In this document: in pieces, positions 25,442 through 36,777 of the stretch
Layout: every line of letters begins with the position of its first letter
Position numbering within the stretch: position 1 is the first letter of the stretch
IMG/VR virus record: IMGVR_UViG_2778261393_000005
Span: 1 to 37,935 of that record
Direction: 5' to 3' (one strand)
Source: a virus
Lineage: Duplodnaviria > Heunggongvirae > Uroviricota > Caudoviricetes
DNA length: 37,935 nucleotides
Notes under the pieces: generated by a model
Seen by the model: the letters and a program-made list of their open reading frames with translations, nothing else
Databases searched by the model: none
What the model was told of the DNA's origin: nothing
Translations under genes and position numbers: made by a program

Positions 25442-26860
25442 ATGCCTATTCAGCAACTTCCGCTTATGAAAGGTGTCGGCAAAGACTTTCGAAACGCCGA
25501 CTATATCGACTATCTGCCAGTGAATATGCTGGCTACACCTAAAGAAATCCTGAACAGCAGCGGATATCTTCGCTCATTCCCTGGCATTGCCAAACGCTCT
25601 GATGTGAACGGTGCATCTCGCGGCGTCGAGTACAACATGGCGCAGAATGCTGTTTATCGCGTATGTGGTGGCAAGCTGTACAAAGGAGAAAGCGAGGTCG
25701 GTGATGTTGCCGGAAGTGGTCGCGTATCAATGGCGCATGGTCGGACATCACAGGCGGTAGGCGTTAATGGTCAACTGGTCGAGTATCGCTATGATGGCAC
25801 GGTTAAAACCGTCTCAAACTGGCCTACAGACAGCGGATTCACGCAGTATGAGTTAGGCTCAGTCCGCGATATTACGCGCTTACGTGGGCGTTATGCGTGG
25901 TCAAAAGACGGAACTGATTCATGGTTTATCACTGACCCTGAAGACGAATCGCATCCTGACCGCTACAGCGCACAATATCGTGCCGAGTCGCAGCCGGACG
26001 GCATCATCGGTATCGGCACATGGCGAGACTTCATCGTCTGCTTTGGTTCATCGACGATTGAATATTTCTCCCTGACTGGTGCAACCACCGTTGGTGCTGC
26101 TTTGTATGTCGCCCAGCCATCGCTGATGGTGCAGAAAGGCATTGCCGGGACTTACTGCAAAACGCCGTTTGCTGATTCGTATGCGTTCATCAGCAATCCG
26201 GCAACGGGTGCGCCGTCTGTGTATATCATCGGCTCTGGTCAGGTGTCACCAATTGCCAGCGCGAGCATTGAGAAAATCCTCCGCTCCTACACTGCTGATG
26301 AACTGGCTGATGGTGTGATGGAATCGCTGCGATTTGATGCTCATGAGTTGCTGATTATCCACCTTCCGCGTCACGTCCTCGTGTACGACGCATCTTCAAG
26401 CGCCAATGGCCCACAATGGTGTGTGCTGAAAACAGGTCTGTATGACGATGTGTACCGCGCTATCGACTTCATTTACGAAGGCAATCAGATAACGTGCGGC
26501 GATAAACTGGAGTCCGTGACCGGGAAATTGCAATTCGACATCAGCAGCCAGTACGACAAGCAACAGGAACACCTGTTGTTTACTCCGTTGTTCAAAGCAG
26601 ATAACGCCAGAGTTTTCGACCTTGAAGTTGAATCTTCAACTGGCGTTGCGCAGTACGCTGACCGCCTGTTCCTATCGACAACCACTGACGGCATCAATTA
26701 CGGACGTGAGCAGATGATTGAGCAGAATGAACCGTTCGTTTACGACAAACGCGTTTTGTGGAAGCGTGTCGGGCGCATCAGGAAAAACATTGGCTTCAAA
26801 TTGCGCGTTATCACGAAGTCACCTGTCACTCTGTCTGGCTGCCAGATAAGGATTGAGTAA
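25442..26860 (+). CDS. Tail hub protein (P22 gp10-like)
   Basis: 472 aa (same as P22 gp10); conserved synteny gp4-gp10-gp26. Confidence 0.75.
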   Translation: MPIQQLPLMKGVGKDFRNADYIDYLPVNMLATPKEILNSSGYLRSFPGIAKRSDVNGASRGVEYNMAQNAVYRVCGGKLYKGESEVGDVAGSGRVSMAHGRTSQAVGVNGQLVEYRYDGTVKTVSNWPTDSGFTQYELGSVRDITRLRGRYAWSKDGTDSWFITDPEDESHPDRYSAQYRAESQPDGIIGIGTWRDFIVCFGSSTIEYFSLTGATTVGAALYVAQPSLMVQKGIAGTYCKTPFADSYAFISNPATGAPSVYIIGSGQVSPIASASIEKILRSYTADELADGVMESLRFDAHELLIIHLPRHVLVYDASSSANGPQWCVLKTGLYDDVYRAIDFIYEGNQITCGDKLESVTGKLQFDISSQYDKQQEHLLFTPLFKADNARVFDLEVESSTGVAQYADRLFLSTTTDGINYGREQMIEQNEPFVYDKRVLWKRVGRIRKNIGFKLRVITKSPVTLSGCQIRIE

Positions 26861-27708
26861 TGGCGGATTCGAATCTCAATGTGCCGGTAATCATCCAGGC
26901 TACGCGGCTCGATACATCAATCCTTCCACGCAATATCTTCTCGCAGTCGTATCTGCTTTACGTTATCGCACAGGGCACTGATGTTGGTAACGTGGCGAAC
27001 AAAGCCAACGAGGCCGGACAGGGCGCTTATGATGCACAAGTCAGGAACGATGAGCAGGATGTGATTCTCGCTGATCATGAGCAACGAATTTCTGCTGCGG
27101 AAGCAACACTTGTTAATCATGAGGAGCGAATCAGCCAGGCAGAATCAACTCTTCAGGAACATGAAACGCGAATCGCTCATAATGAAAGCGATATTGCGTC
27201 GCTTGATACCAGAGTTCAGTCGCTGGAGTCGCAGGTTTCAGACCATGAATCGCGCATCGATGCTCTGGAGTATGCCACTACTCGCAAGAAGTCAGAGGTT
27301 GTTTACTCTGGCGTATCAGTAACCATCCCGACAGCGCCGACCAACCTTGTTAGCCTGCTGAAAACGCTAACGCCGTCATCCGGCACGTTGGCACCATTCT
27401 TCGACACTGTTAACAACAAGATGGTTGTGTTCAACGAGAACAAAACCTTGTTCTTCAAGCTGTCGATCGTCGGGACGTGGCCCAGCGGAACCGCCAACAG
27501 GTCAATGCAGCTAACATTCTCCGGCTCTGTTCCTGATACGCTGGTCAGCAGTCGTAATGCGGCGACAACAACCGACAACATCCTGTTAGCTACGTTCTTC
27601 AGCGTGGATAAAGACGGCTTTCTTGCCACAAATGGCAGCACGTTAACCATTCAGTCTAATGGTGCGGCGTTTACTGCCACAACCATCAAAATCATTGCGG
27701 AGCAGTGA
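26860..27708 (+). CDS. Tail needle protein (P22 gp26-like with C-terminal knob)
   Basis: [43 protein letters not shown]...[16 protein letters not shown] matches recalled P22 gp26 N-terminus; HE.RI heptad repeats; 282 aa as in Sf6. Confidence 0.8.
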   Translation: MADSNLNVPVIIQATRLDTSILPRNIFSQSYLLYVIAQGTDVGNVANKANEAGQGAYDAQVRNDEQDVILADHEQRISAAEATLVNHEERISQAESTLQEHETRIAHNESDIASLDTRVQSLESQVSDHESRIDALEYATTRKKSEVVYSGVSVTIPTAPTNLVSLLKTLTPSSGTLAPFFDTVNNKMVVFNENKTLFFKLSIVGTWPSGTANRSMQLTFSGSVPDTLVSSRNAATTTDNILLATFFSVDKDGFLATNGSTLTIQSNGAAFTATTIKIIAEQ

Positions 27709-28175
27709 TGGAAATAAAGCTCATCGATAATCCGGTGAAGCTTGCAGAATTCCTCAACAACCCAGAAAACACGGGAAATATCGTAGACAGTGGAGACAAA
27801 TACTACATCAAGCCTGATGCGGTATATCTCGGCATCTACGAAGGATTAGTGCTGGCTGGCGTTCATGAAGTGCGTAACTTCTGGCATAGCGTTGTTGAAT
27901 GCCATGCGGTGTACGACCCCGGATTCCGTGGTGAATATGCACTGCAAGGGCATCGATTATTCTGCAAATGGCTTCTCGAAAACTCACCATTCCTTAACAG
28001 CATCACCATGGTTCCTGACACAACGAAATACGGACGGTCAATTATCCGTTTGCTTGGCGCTACCCGTGTTGGTCACCTTGATGATGCGTACATGAGTAAC
28101 GGAAAACCGGTTGGAATCACCCTCTATCAATTACCTCGTTCGAAATATGAGGAGCTATTAAATGTTAGTACTTAG
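27708..28175 (+). CDS. P22 gp14-position protein (unknown function)
   Basis: ATG 27708 with GGAG SD; synteny after the needle gene. Confidence 0.5.
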   Translation: MEIKLIDNPVKLAEFLNNPENTGNIVDSGDKYYIKPDAVYLGIYEGLVLAGVHEVRNFWHSVVECHAVYDPGFRGEYALQGHRLFCKWLLENSPFLNSITMVPDTTKYGRSIIRLLGATRVGHLDDAYMSNGKPVGITLYQLPRSKYEELLNVST

Positions 28176-28821
28176 CGAAAGCTTCAAGAATAAATTGCTT
28201 CCCATGAATGGGTATATGAAAGGCGGCAGCGACTCCGGCTCAAAAGCCCAGGCACGCGCAACTGAAAAGGGTATCGAATTGCAGCGTGAAATGTGGCAAA
28301 CGAACATGCAAAACCTTGCACCGTTCACGCCACTCGCTCAACAGTACGTATCAGAGTTGCAGAATCTTTCCTCTCTTCAGGGGCAAGGTCAGGCGCTTAA
28401 CCAGTATTACAACTCCCAGCAGTACAAAGACCTTGCTGGACAGGCGCGTTACCAGAGTCTGGCAGCAGCAGAGGCAACGGGTGGATTAGGCTCTACAGCA
28501 ACAGGAAACCAGTTAGCAGCAATCGCACCTACGCTCGGTCAAAACTGGCTGTCAGGTCAGATGAACAACTACAACAATCTGGCAAATATCGGCCTTGGTG
28601 CTCTTACAGGTCAGGCAAACGCCGGACAGAACTACGCTAACAATGTCAGCCAATTGTATCAACAGCAGGCGGCAGCATCTGCGGCTAATGCGAATAAACC
28701 ATCAGGATTTCAGAGTGCCTTGGGTGGAGCGGCGGCAGGTGCAGCTGCAGGTACTGCAATCATGCCTGGTTGGGGTACAGCAATTGGTGCTGGCGTCGGT
28801 CTTCTTGGTTCACTTTTTTAA
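28162..28821 (+). CDS. Ejection (internal virion) protein, P22 gp7-like
   Basis: 219 aa, Gln/Ala/Gly-rich with hydrophobic Gly-rich C-terminus; synteny. Confidence 0.6.
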   Translation: MLVLSESFKNKLLPMNGYMKGGSDSGSKAQARATEKGIELQREMWQTNMQNLAPFTPLAQQYVSELQNLSSLQGQGQALNQYYNSQQYKDLAGQARYQSLAAAEATGGLGSTATGNQLAAIAPTLGQNWLSGQMNNYNNLANIGLGALTGQANAGQNYANNVSQLYQQQAAASAANANKPSGFQSALGGAAAGAAAGTAIMPGWGTAIGAGVGLLGSLF

Positions 28822-28833
28822 TGGAGGTGTCTC

Positions 28834-30135
28834 TTGGCTACATGGAAACAGGCTGGTAATTCAGGCGCGCTTCTTGCCGGGTTAGGCGGCATGAACTCCA
28901 ACGCTCCAAGAGCAAGTGATGCAGACGCCACGCTTGCATACATTCGACAGAATAACGAGATGGAGCGTTCAGGACGTAATAACGTTGGCTTGCAGGCTTT
29001 GCAGGGCATTTCATCTGTCATGGATATGTATAAGCAGATGGATCAGCAGAAGCGACAGCAAGAGTTTCAGCAGGCTTATGCTGATGCATATACATCTGGT
29101 GACCGCGATGCAATGCGAAAACTGGCATCACAGTATCCTGAGCAGTTTGACGCTGTAAGAAACGGCATGAAATTTGTCGATGAAGACCAGCGTTCCACTG
29201 TCGGTACACTGGCAGCAAGTGCCAGACTCGCAGCTTCATCTCCAGAAGCCATGATGTCATGGTTGCAGAACAACTCATCTGAGCTTACTCGTGCCGGAGT
29301 AGACCCTCTGGATGTGGCGAAAATGTACCAGCAAAATCCACAAGGTTTCACAGAGTTTGTTGATCACCTTGGGATGGCTGCGCTTGGTCCGATTGATTAC
29401 TTCAATGTTCAGGACAAGATGGCTGGTCGTGAAATTGACCGAGGCAGACTGGCAGAGACAATCCGCAGCAATCAGGCTGGAGAAGCACTAACAGCTCGAG
29501 GTCAGGACATCCAGATACGTGGACAGAACATCAGCGCACAGAATGCTGCTCTTTCCCGAGAAATACAAAGAGCAGAATTACAAGAAAAGGCTCTGGACAG
29601 ACAGATAGCAAGAGAAAGCAATCAGTTAAAGCTTGAAGAGCTAAAACAGAAACAGGCAGATGTTCGGCAAAAGGCTGACATAGCCCGCGCTGACAGGCAG
29701 GCCGCCGCTCAGGGTGCAGTTGATACGTTCAGCACCGCGCTTGATTCTCTCAACGAGATAGAGCAAAGCCCCGGCCTTCCAAAAGCAGTAGGAATTCGCT
29801 CAGCGTTTCCGACAGTTCCTGGCTCTGATGCGGCTAACTTTGAAGCAAGGCTCGACACCTTTAAAGCTCAAACATTCCTTCCTATGGTGCAGTCCCTGAA
29901 GGGTATGGGCGCTCTTTCAGATGCTGAGGGTAAAAAATTATCCGATGCGGTTGGTGCCCTAAGCCCCAAAATGAGCGAAAAGGCTTTTCGTGACTCTATC
30001 GGAAAGATTCGAAATCAGCTTGAAAGCAAGTTGAGCACTGTTAAAAAACAGTTTGATTATCAGGAGCCAGTGCAGAATATGCCAGCGCAACAACCTACTA
30101 CTGGCAGTAATTTTTCTTCACTATGGGGTGATTAA
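28834..30135 (+). CDS. Ejection protein, P22 gp20-like
   Basis: 433 aa; apparent TTG start at 28834 with GGAGG SD 6 nt upstream; synteny. Confidence 0.6.
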   Translation: MATWKQAGNSGALLAGLGGMNSNAPRASDADATLAYIRQNNEMERSGRNNVGLQALQGISSVMDMYKQMDQQKRQQEFQQAYADAYTSGDRDAMRKLASQYPEQFDAVRNGMKFVDEDQRSTVGTLAASARLAASSPEAMMSWLQNNSSELTRAGVDPLDVAKMYQQNPQGFTEFVDHLGMAALGPIDYFNVQDKMAGREIDRGRLAETIRSNQAGEALTARGQDIQIRGQNISAQNAALSREIQRAELQEKALDRQIARESNQLKLEELKQKQADVRQKADIARADRQAAAQGAVDTFSTALDSLNEIEQSPGLPKAVGIRSAFPTVPGSDAANFEARLDTFKAQTFLPMVQSLKGMGALSDAEGKKLSDAVGALSPKMSEKAFRDSIGKIRNQLESKLSTVKKQFDYQEPVQNMPAQQPTTGSNFSSLWGD

Positions 30136-32132
30136 TGGCTAAAGCATGGAAAGATGTTATCGCCTCTCCACAGTATCAGGCGTTAGCACCAGAACAAAAA
30201 GCGCAGGCTCAGGAGCAATACTTCAATGAAGTCGTTGCCCCGCAAGCTGGAGAAAATGCAGAGCAGGCCAAGCAAGCTTTCTATGCTGCCTATCCATTGC
30301 CATCTGTGCAGCCAGTGGAGACACAGCAACCAGTAGCACAGCAACAACCACAGCAAAGTGGGTTTATGTCTGATCTTGGCGAAGCAGTAAAAGAGACTGG
30401 TCGCGGACTGGTGCAGGCTGGCGTGAACGTAGCAAACATACCTGCATCAGTTGCCGATGCTGTAACAAGTGCGGCGGCATGGGCCGGCGGTAAACTCGGT
30501 ATTGGCGATGGAACATACCAACCAGCGCCACGAGTAACAACGCAGGGATTAGAGCAGGATTTTGGCCTTCAGCAAGGCGCGCTGACTCCACAAACGACAG
30601 AGGGAAGGGTATTTGCTGAAGCATTGCCTTACCTTACCCCTGCTGGCATTGAGAGAGCGGCAACACAGGCACCAACACTCGCTGGTAGAATCGCTCAGGG
30701 TGCAACTCGCCTTCTCGCTGAAAACGCAGTCGGGTCACTTGCTGCAAATAGTGCGAAAGATGATGCGGAAGCACTCGCTACCGATTTAGGCGTTGGCGTT
30801 CTGGCTGGCGGCGCTATTAACGCTGCCGGACGTGGATTAGGTGCTGCTTATCGTGGTGTTCGTGGTTCGATAGCACCAGAAGCGCAACAGGCTATCAGAT
30901 TTGCAGAGCGTGAAGGAGTTCCTCTGCACACCACAGACCTGTTACAACCCACTTCCCGCGTCGGAAAAATGGCGCAGACTACAGCAGAAAATATCCCTCT
31001 GGCTGGCACAAGCGGAATGAGAGCAACGCAACAAGAAGCGAGAAGCCAGTTGGTGCAGAGATTTGCCGATAAATTCGGTGAGTATGATCCAGCGGTTGTT
31101 ATTGACAGCCTTAAAGCGAAAACATCAGGAATTCGTCGTGCCGCCGGTAATCGACTGGAGCAGGTTCAGAATGCTATGGCTGGAGTAAACATTCAGCCTG
31201 CGCGAGCAATTCAGCAGATTGATACAGAAATATCTAACCTGCAGAAGCTTGGTAAGGTTGCTGATAACGAGACTATTTCAAAACTTCAGTCCTATCGTGA
31301 TGAGCTTGTTCGCAATGCTGGCCCTGATGGTCCGGTAAATCTGGATTTGAAGCAATTAAGCGATCTGCGCAGCCAGTTCAGAATGGACGTGAAGGGTGAG
31401 CGACCAGTGTTACCAAACCGTTCCGATGCTGCCATTCAGCGCGTTTACAAGGCAATGACTGACGATATCAATGGTGCCATTGGTCAGAATCTTGGCAACG
31501 ATACTCTCCGTAAATATCAGCAGGCCAATGCCGTCTACGCTGACGAAGCGGCAAAACTAAAGAATACCAGGCTGAAGAATGTTCTCATGAAAGGCGACCT
31601 GACGCCGGAAGTTGTCAACAACATGCTATTCAGCAAGAACAAATCGGAAATTAAGACTCTGTATAACTCAGTTGGTCGTGTTGGCAGGGCGCAAATGCGC
31701 AATGGCATCATTGGAAAGGCGATGGAGAAATCAGGTGGTTCACCTGACCAGTTCCTTCGACAGCTTAACATCCTGCAAAACCAGACTGGCATCACATTTA
31801 AAGGTCAGGATGCTGCTTATCTGAAAGGATTGAAAAACTACCTGCAATCTACGCAACAGGCTGCAAAAGCAGCAGTAACAACACCAACAGGGCAGCAAAC
31901 CATCCCGTTCATTATCGGGTATGGGACGGCAATGAACCCGGCGACAACTGGCGCAGCAGTAAGCTACGGACTTCTTACTCGCGCCTATGAGAGCGAGCCA
32001 TTCAGAAATGCAATGCTCCGAATGGCAAACACCCCACGCGGATCAACATCTTTTGAGAAAGCCATGCAGCAGGCACAAAAGGCTATTAACGCTATGGCGC
32101 AGGGGGCTAAGTCTGATGTGTTGTCAGAATAG
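30135..32132 (+). CDS. Ejection protein, P22 gp16-like
   Basis: 665 aa; last gene of the ejection-protein trio by synteny. Confidence 0.65.
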   Translation: MAKAWKDVIASPQYQALAPEQKAQAQEQYFNEVVAPQAGENAEQAKQAFYAAYPLPSVQPVETQQPVAQQQPQQSGFMSDLGEAVKETGRGLVQAGVNVANIPASVADAVTSAAAWAGGKLGIGDGTYQPAPRVTTQGLEQDFGLQQGALTPQTTEGRVFAEALPYLTPAGIERAATQAPTLAGRIAQGATRLLAENAVGSLAANSAKDDAEALATDLGVGVLAGGAINAAGRGLGAAYRGVRGSIAPEAQQAIRFAEREGVPLHTTDLLQPTSRVGKMAQTTAENIPLAGTSGMRATQQEARSQLVQRFADKFGEYDPAVVIDSLKAKTSGIRRAAGNRLEQVQNAMAGVNIQPARAIQQIDTEISNLQKLGKVADNETISKLQSYRDELVRNAGPDGPVNLDLKQLSDLRSQFRMDVKGERPVLPNRSDAAIQRVYKAMTDDINGAIGQNLGNDTLRKYQQANAVYADEAAKLKNTRLKNVLMKGDLTPEVVNNMLFSKNKSEIKTLYNSVGRVGRAQMRNGIIGKAMEKSGGSPDQFLRQLNILQNQTGITFKGQDAAYLKGLKNYLQSTQQAAKAAVTTPTGQQTIPFIIGYGTAMNPATTGAAVSYGLLTRAYESEPFRNAMLRMANTPRGSTSFEKAMQQAQKAINAMAQGAKSDVLSE

Positions 32133-32201
32133 CTTCGCAAACACCAGGAACGTGCAAAAACCAAATATGTAGAACGCAATATTCAGCATATCTCTTTGCA
32201 T
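32124..32201 (-). CDS. Candidate 25-aa hydrophobic peptide downstream of mnt
   Basis: GGAGGA then ATG (3-nt spacer) MQRDMLNIAFYIFGFCTFLVFAKLF; overlaps gp16 3' end on the opposite strand; speculative. Confidence 0.2.
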   Translation of the reverse strand: MQRDMLNIAFYIFGFCTFLVFAKLF

Positions 32202-32220
32202 AAATCCTCCGTAACTGAGG

Positions 32221-32481
32221 TTAGCTGCTGTCTTTTTTATATAGCTCCTTGAGCGTATCAAAGACAATTTTCTTAACCATATCAGATTGTTGTTCTGCCA
32301 TACGCTCTGCATCGTCAATGTAAACTGATGCAGAGCTTTGTTTAGCCAATGATTCTTCAATCGCTGCAATTATCTCTGAGTTCAGCGACCTGTTATTCAT
32401 CTTCGCGCGCTGTTTAATTTTCGCGTGGAGTTCATGCGGAAGTCTCAAGTGAAACTGCGCCTCGTCGTATTTGCTGTACAT
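32221..32481 (-). CDS. mnt: Mnt-like ribbon-helix-helix repressor (Arc/Mnt family)
   Basis: ...AQFHLRLPHELHAKIKQRAKMNNRSLNSEIIAAIEESL...DAERMAEQQSDMVKKIVFDTLKELYKK matches recalled P22 Mnt (PHFNFRMP...NGRSMNSE...DAERLADEQSELVKKMVFDTLKDLYKK); alternative upstream ATG at 32514. Confidence 0.7.
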   Translation of the reverse strand: MYSKYDEAQFHLRLPHELHAKIKQRAKMNNRSLNSEIIAAIEESLAKQSSASVYIDDAERMAEQQSDMVKKIVFDTLKELYKKDSS

Positions 32482-32602
32482 CCTTGATGCCTCACCAGTT
32501 GGGTGGAATGGCATCGTAACCTACTGGATAAATACTCAATAGTACCATTTCGGTATGCAATCACATCATGGTTGCATCATATCATTCGTCTGGAGCAATG
32601 AA

Positions 32603-34546
32603 ATGTCAGATATCACCGCAAATGTTGTGGTAAGCATGCCTTCGCAACTCTTCACTATGGCTCGTTCTTTTAAAGCCGTAGCCAATGGCAAAATTTATAT
32701 CGGTAAAATTGACACTGACCCTGTAAATCCTGAAAACCAGATTCAGGTTTATGTGGAAAACGAAGACGGCTCTCACGTTTCTGTTGCACAGCCAATCATC
32801 ATTAACGCTGCTGGATATCCGGTATATAACGGGCAGATTGCCAAATTCGTAACTGTGCAAGGCCATTCTATGGCTGTATATGATGCGTATGGCGCGCAGC
32901 AGTTCTATTTCCCTAATGTGCTGAAATATGACCCTGATCAATTTCAGGAAAGATTGCTATCTGAAAATGGGCCATTATTAGTTGATGATTCAGTTGTTCG
33001 TGTAAAACAACCCCTCTCTATGGCAATCGAGAGAGCACAGCACGATAAAAATGCAGATTTTGTGAGCGCGAAAGACTTTGGGTTTAAAGGTGATGGCACG
33101 AATGATGATGCTGCGGTGCTCAAACTTAAAGATTACGTTAACACAAGACCTAAATATTCTCCACCAGTATCCGTGTACTTTCCAGATGGAAATTATCTTA
33201 TTAGCGAGTCATTGAATTTAATTAGACCTGTTACTTTATACTCTTTTAAAGGAGCAACAATAAACTATACTGGAACTGACGCTGCAGTTAAGTGTGGAGA
33301 TCCAACTGACGAAGATCAACCAACAGCAGATAATTTTTATCAAGGTGATTATGTAATTTATGGAATTAGATTCACTGGTGGTCAAAATGCAAAGTTTGGA
33401 ATAATGGTAAAGAGCTTTGTTTTTACACCAAAAATACAATATTGTGATTTTATTGATTATGGCAATAAGGATTCTTATGATATATATGCTCAGTTTGAAA
33501 ACTGGGATATCCTTATAGAAGGATGCTATAAAAAAACATTTTTTAGTGATATTGCAATAGGTAGTTTCATTTCTTTACCTGGTAAAAAAACGGATGGCAG
33601 TGCATATGATGGTGGGAACTCTAGAGTTACAATAAGAGATTGCTCCATGACAGCATATAACAATCAAGATTTAGGATATTTTGCCTATATTAACTGCGTT
33701 AAGGGGCGAGTAATTGGAGGTAGTGCGCATCACTCTACAGGTGGAATACTACTTGGACCAGCGGCATCTGGAACGCTTATTGATGGATTTTATTGTGAAG
33801 TAAGTACTCAACACAGACCTTGGGTAATATCTGTTTTAAGTGATAAAACTAATCCTGATAATTATTTGTTCCCTCAGTCTGTTACGGTAAGAAATGTGTA
33901 TGTAAATATGCATAAAGAAAAAATTGGTAATGCTGGTAAGCTTATTGGTGTCATGGATGCTGATGTGAAGTTAAGAGACTGGAGTGTAACAGACTGCCAG
34001 ATTTCAAACTTCGAAAATGGTCAAGTTCTTATTGATAGAAATGATCTTAATGAGCAGATCGGTAACACTTATGCAAGAATAAAACCAATTTTTGTTCCTT
34101 ATAATTCTGGTGGTGGAAGTAAATTTATTGTTACTGGAAAACTAACAACAGCAGAAGACTGGTCGTGTGGTGATATAGAAACTGGAGTTTGGATTCCGAC
34201 TGTAGGCGGAAATGCCTCCTACTATAAACAAGTTGGAAGTTATACAAGAACTGGTGATGTAGTGACCGCAAGTTTTCACATAGGGATAACGATTATTGGA
34301 AGTGGAGATGGTTATAGGATAGGTGGATTACCTTTTTTGTCACGACCAGGGGCTACTTCTGTTGGATCTATTGGGTATTACAATAACTTAACTACGGCTG
34401 TGGCTGCGCTATTGCCTAGGGTTGATGCTGAAAGTAATTACATAACATTTACAGGAGCTACATCTGTCGCTGGTAATATGAATGTACAACTAAATGTTCT
34501 AGGTAATAATGCTGAGATAATTGGTTCTGTTACTTATTTTATATAA
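32603..34546 (+). CDS. Tailspike protein: P22-type N-terminal head-binding domain plus divergent beta-helix receptor-binding domain
   Basis: [59 protein letters not shown]...[10 protein letters not shown] matches recalled P22 gp9 N-terminus; GGAG SD 8 nt upstream; C-terminal two-thirds visibly AT-rich; ORF-track start 32555 discounted. Confidence 0.9.
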   Translation: MSDITANVVVSMPSQLFTMARSFKAVANGKIYIGKIDTDPVNPENQIQVYVENEDGSHVSVAQPIIINAAGYPVYNGQIAKFVTVQGHSMAVYDAYGAQQFYFPNVLKYDPDQFQERLLSENGPLLVDDSVVRVKQPLSMAIERAQHDKNADFVSAKDFGFKGDGTNDDAAVLKLKDYVNTRPKYSPPVSVYFPDGNYLISESLNLIRPVTLYSFKGATINYTGTDAAVKCGDPTDEDQPTADNFYQGDYVIYGIRFTGGQNAKFGIMVKSFVFTPKIQYCDFIDYGNKDSYDIYAQFENWDILIEGCYKKTFFSDIAIGSFISLPGKKTDGSAYDGGNSRVTIRDCSMTAYNNQDLGYFAYINCVKGRVIGGSAHHSTGGILLGPAASGTLIDGFYCEVSTQHRPWVISVLSDKTNPDNYLFPQSVTVRNVYVNMHKEKIGNAGKLIGVMDADVKLRDWSVTDCQISNFENGQVLIDRNDLNEQIGNTYARIKPIFVPYNSGGGSKFIVTGKLTTAEDWSCGDIETGVWIPTVGGNASYYKQVGSYTRTGDVVTASFHIGITIIGSGDGYRIGGLPFLSRPGATSVGSIGYYNNLTTAVAALLPRVDAESNYITFTGATSVAGNMNVQLNVLGNNAEIIGSVTYFI

Positions 34547-34578
34547 AAACAGCGGCGAAATTGCCGCTGTTTTTTTAG
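34545..34578. terminator. Bidirectional rho-independent terminator between tailspike and acetyltransferase
   Basis: AAAAAC-AGCGGC-gaaatt-GCCGCT-GTTTTTTT: hairpin flanked by an A-run and a T-run. Confidence 0.65.
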
Positions 34579-34606
34579 TATTGATAATGTTGGTGGACAA
34601 AATAAA

Positions 34607-36607
34607 CTAATTAATTACAAAGCCGTTATCATTAAGTATTTCTTTAACACCAGATTTAGATAAGTGAAAACCAACATTATATAATCCGCCGTTATGGTCA
34701 ATTATTCTACAACCATTGTCATCACATAAAGTTTTTATAGGTTTTATCTTATGCAATCCTTTCATGTCAGGAATATATTTATCTAATATATCGGATTGTT
34801 GTTTTGCTAAGTTAAGCCCATTTCTGCTGCTTGTGTATGTTGTCTCAAACTTATAATTGATAGATCTTAGTTTTGAGAATACTATGTTGGCAACATCTTC
34901 AGACGGATTAGGGGTTGGGTATACAATATATACATCATGCCCCTTGGACACGAGTTTCTTAACATTATTCGATAGAGAGATATATGCCTGCTCGCCACCT
35001 AAAAAATCTCCGCCACTAAAATTTTGCTTCGCCATCTCTAAAGGAGATGACACAGGAGCCTTAGCAAGCGGGAATTGATCATAATTAGCAGCTATAAAAA
35101 TAGTTTTCTTACCCTTAAGAGAATCAATGGCTTTCCATCTTTGCTCATTGACAACCACACATTCAGGAACATTGCCAAACCACATATCACTCACAAATGG
35201 ACATTGCTCATACGTGAGAGATAACATCCCTTTGTTATTTTCTTTTGAGTAATCTAAAATTGTTGGTGCATATTGTCCAGCATAGCTATCTCCTAATACG
35301 ATGATGTCATCACCGCCAAAGCTACACGGGTTATCAAGAGAACGTAAACCACATAAATAACTATCAGGTTCACCTCTTAAACTTTTACCAATATTTGAAT
35401 AATCTGCCAATTTCCTGAACTCTGGTTCTTTGTACATTTCATAGGTTTCTTTCAGAATGCCTGCAAGACGCCACTGAAAACCCCCATCGGCCTTTGCATA
35501 AATAGAGAAAGCAAGCAATGCTGACAGAGATGTTGCTAATACTATTGTATTCTTACTTTTAACATGTTTTGCTCTATATGGTTTTTCAATAAAAAAATAT
35601 GAAAAAGACGAAATAACAATTGAAATTGATGCTAATACTACACAGTAATAAGGAGTGATATTTTCACTAAATAATATCCTGTAAAAAACAAAAACAGGTT
35701 GATGCCATAAATATAGAGAATATGATATCAAGCCAATAAAGACAATCGGACGCAAGGATAATATTTTAGATATTAAATCGGCACCATTTGCAAATGCGAT
35801 TATCAAACATGAACCAGCTACAGGTATTAGGGTGATAAATGAAGGGTGTTTGATGTTATTTCCAAAAAACAACATTGAATAAACAATCATCAACATTCCA
35901 ATTACTGGCAGAAACGAAGTTAAAGATGATTGGTCTTTATGTATATTGCTTCTTCTTTCTTTTACAAAAAAAGACACAATTCCACCAAGAATTAATTCCC
36001 ATGCCCTTGGTAGTAGCGTATAGAATGCTAAGTCAGGGTAACTGCTAACTATAATATTTGCATACACAATAGATGAAACAGAAATCAATATAAGAAGTAA
36101 TACTCTGTATTTCTTAATAAATTTATTTATAAAAATCAATAAGAATGGATAAAATACGTAGAATTGCCATTCAACAGCAAGACTCCATGTATGAAGGAGT
36201 GGTTTAAATATACTTGCATTTGATACATAGCTATCTTCACCAAGAAAATAATAATTAGAACCAAAATAAATAGCAGAAATGAGAGATTCAGAGAATTTTA
36301 CTAAGTCATTTGGTAGAAGAATTTTATAAGCCACTATCGATGTAACTACAAGCATAGCAATAAGAGCAGGAACAATTCTCTTTATGCGTCTCCAATAGAA
36401 GTCAGTTAGTGAGAAAGAGCGGCTATCAAGTTTATTTATAATGATATCTGTAATTAAATATCCTGAAAGAACCAGGAAGACATCAACTCCAAAGAATCCG
36501 CCTTTGAATATCTTTACTCCAAACAAAGAAATGCCAGAGTGATAAATGATGACAGCCATCACTGCCAAACAACGCAATCCATCAAGCTCTTTCCTATACT
36601 TAAGCAT
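34607..36607 (-). CDS. oac: O-antigen acetyltransferase, acyltransferase-3 membrane domain fused to SGNH-type domain (Oac/OafA-like)
   Basis: 666 aa; multiple TM helices; N-terminal acyltransferase-3 pattern (RKELDGLRCLAVMAVIIYH...FFGVDVFLVLSGYLIT); C-terminal soluble region with GDSY (VLGDSYAGQY); very AT-rich. Confidence 0.75.
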   Translation of the reverse strand: MLKYRKELDGLRCLAVMAVIIYHSGISLFGVKIFKGGFFGVDVFLVLSGYLITDIIINKLDSRSFSLTDFYWRRIKRIVPALIAMLVVTSIVAYKILLPNDLVKFSESLISAIYFGSNYYFLGEDSYVSNASIFKPLLHTWSLAVEWQFYVFYPFLLIFINKFIKKYRVLLLILISVSSIVYANIIVSSYPDLAFYTLLPRAWELILGGIVSFFVKERRSNIHKDQSSLTSFLPVIGMLMIVYSMLFFGNNIKHPSFITLIPVAGSCLIIAFANGADLISKILSLRPIVFIGLISYSLYLWHQPVFVFYRILFSENITPYYCVVLASISIVISSFSYFFIEKPYRAKHVKSKNTIVLATSLSALLAFSIYAKADGGFQWRLAGILKETYEMYKEPEFRKLADYSNIGKSLRGEPDSYLCGLRSLDNPCSFGGDDIIVLGDSYAGQYAPTILDYSKENNKGMLSLTYEQCPFVSDMWFGNVPECVVVNEQRWKAIDSLKGKKTIFIAANYDQFPLAKAPVSSPLEMAKQNFSGGDFLGGEQAYISLSNNVKKLVSKGHDVYIVYPTPNPSEDVANIVFSKLRSINYKFETTYTSSRNGLNLAKQQSDILDKYIPDMKGLHKIKPIKTLCDDNGCRIIDHNGGLYNVGFHLSKSGVKEILNDNGFVIN

Positions 36608-36777
36608 TAAGTTTTCTCTCTACATATAATGCGAAATTTCGCGTGATTCTATCACATTCATTCTAAAAGTTGTTCCGAGCCATAAAATTGAGTCAACACA
36701 TTGTATGATACTGAAATGTAAAATTTGTTTGTGTCGATCTACAAAATTGTGCATATCTCTTAGGTTGGATATGAGGA

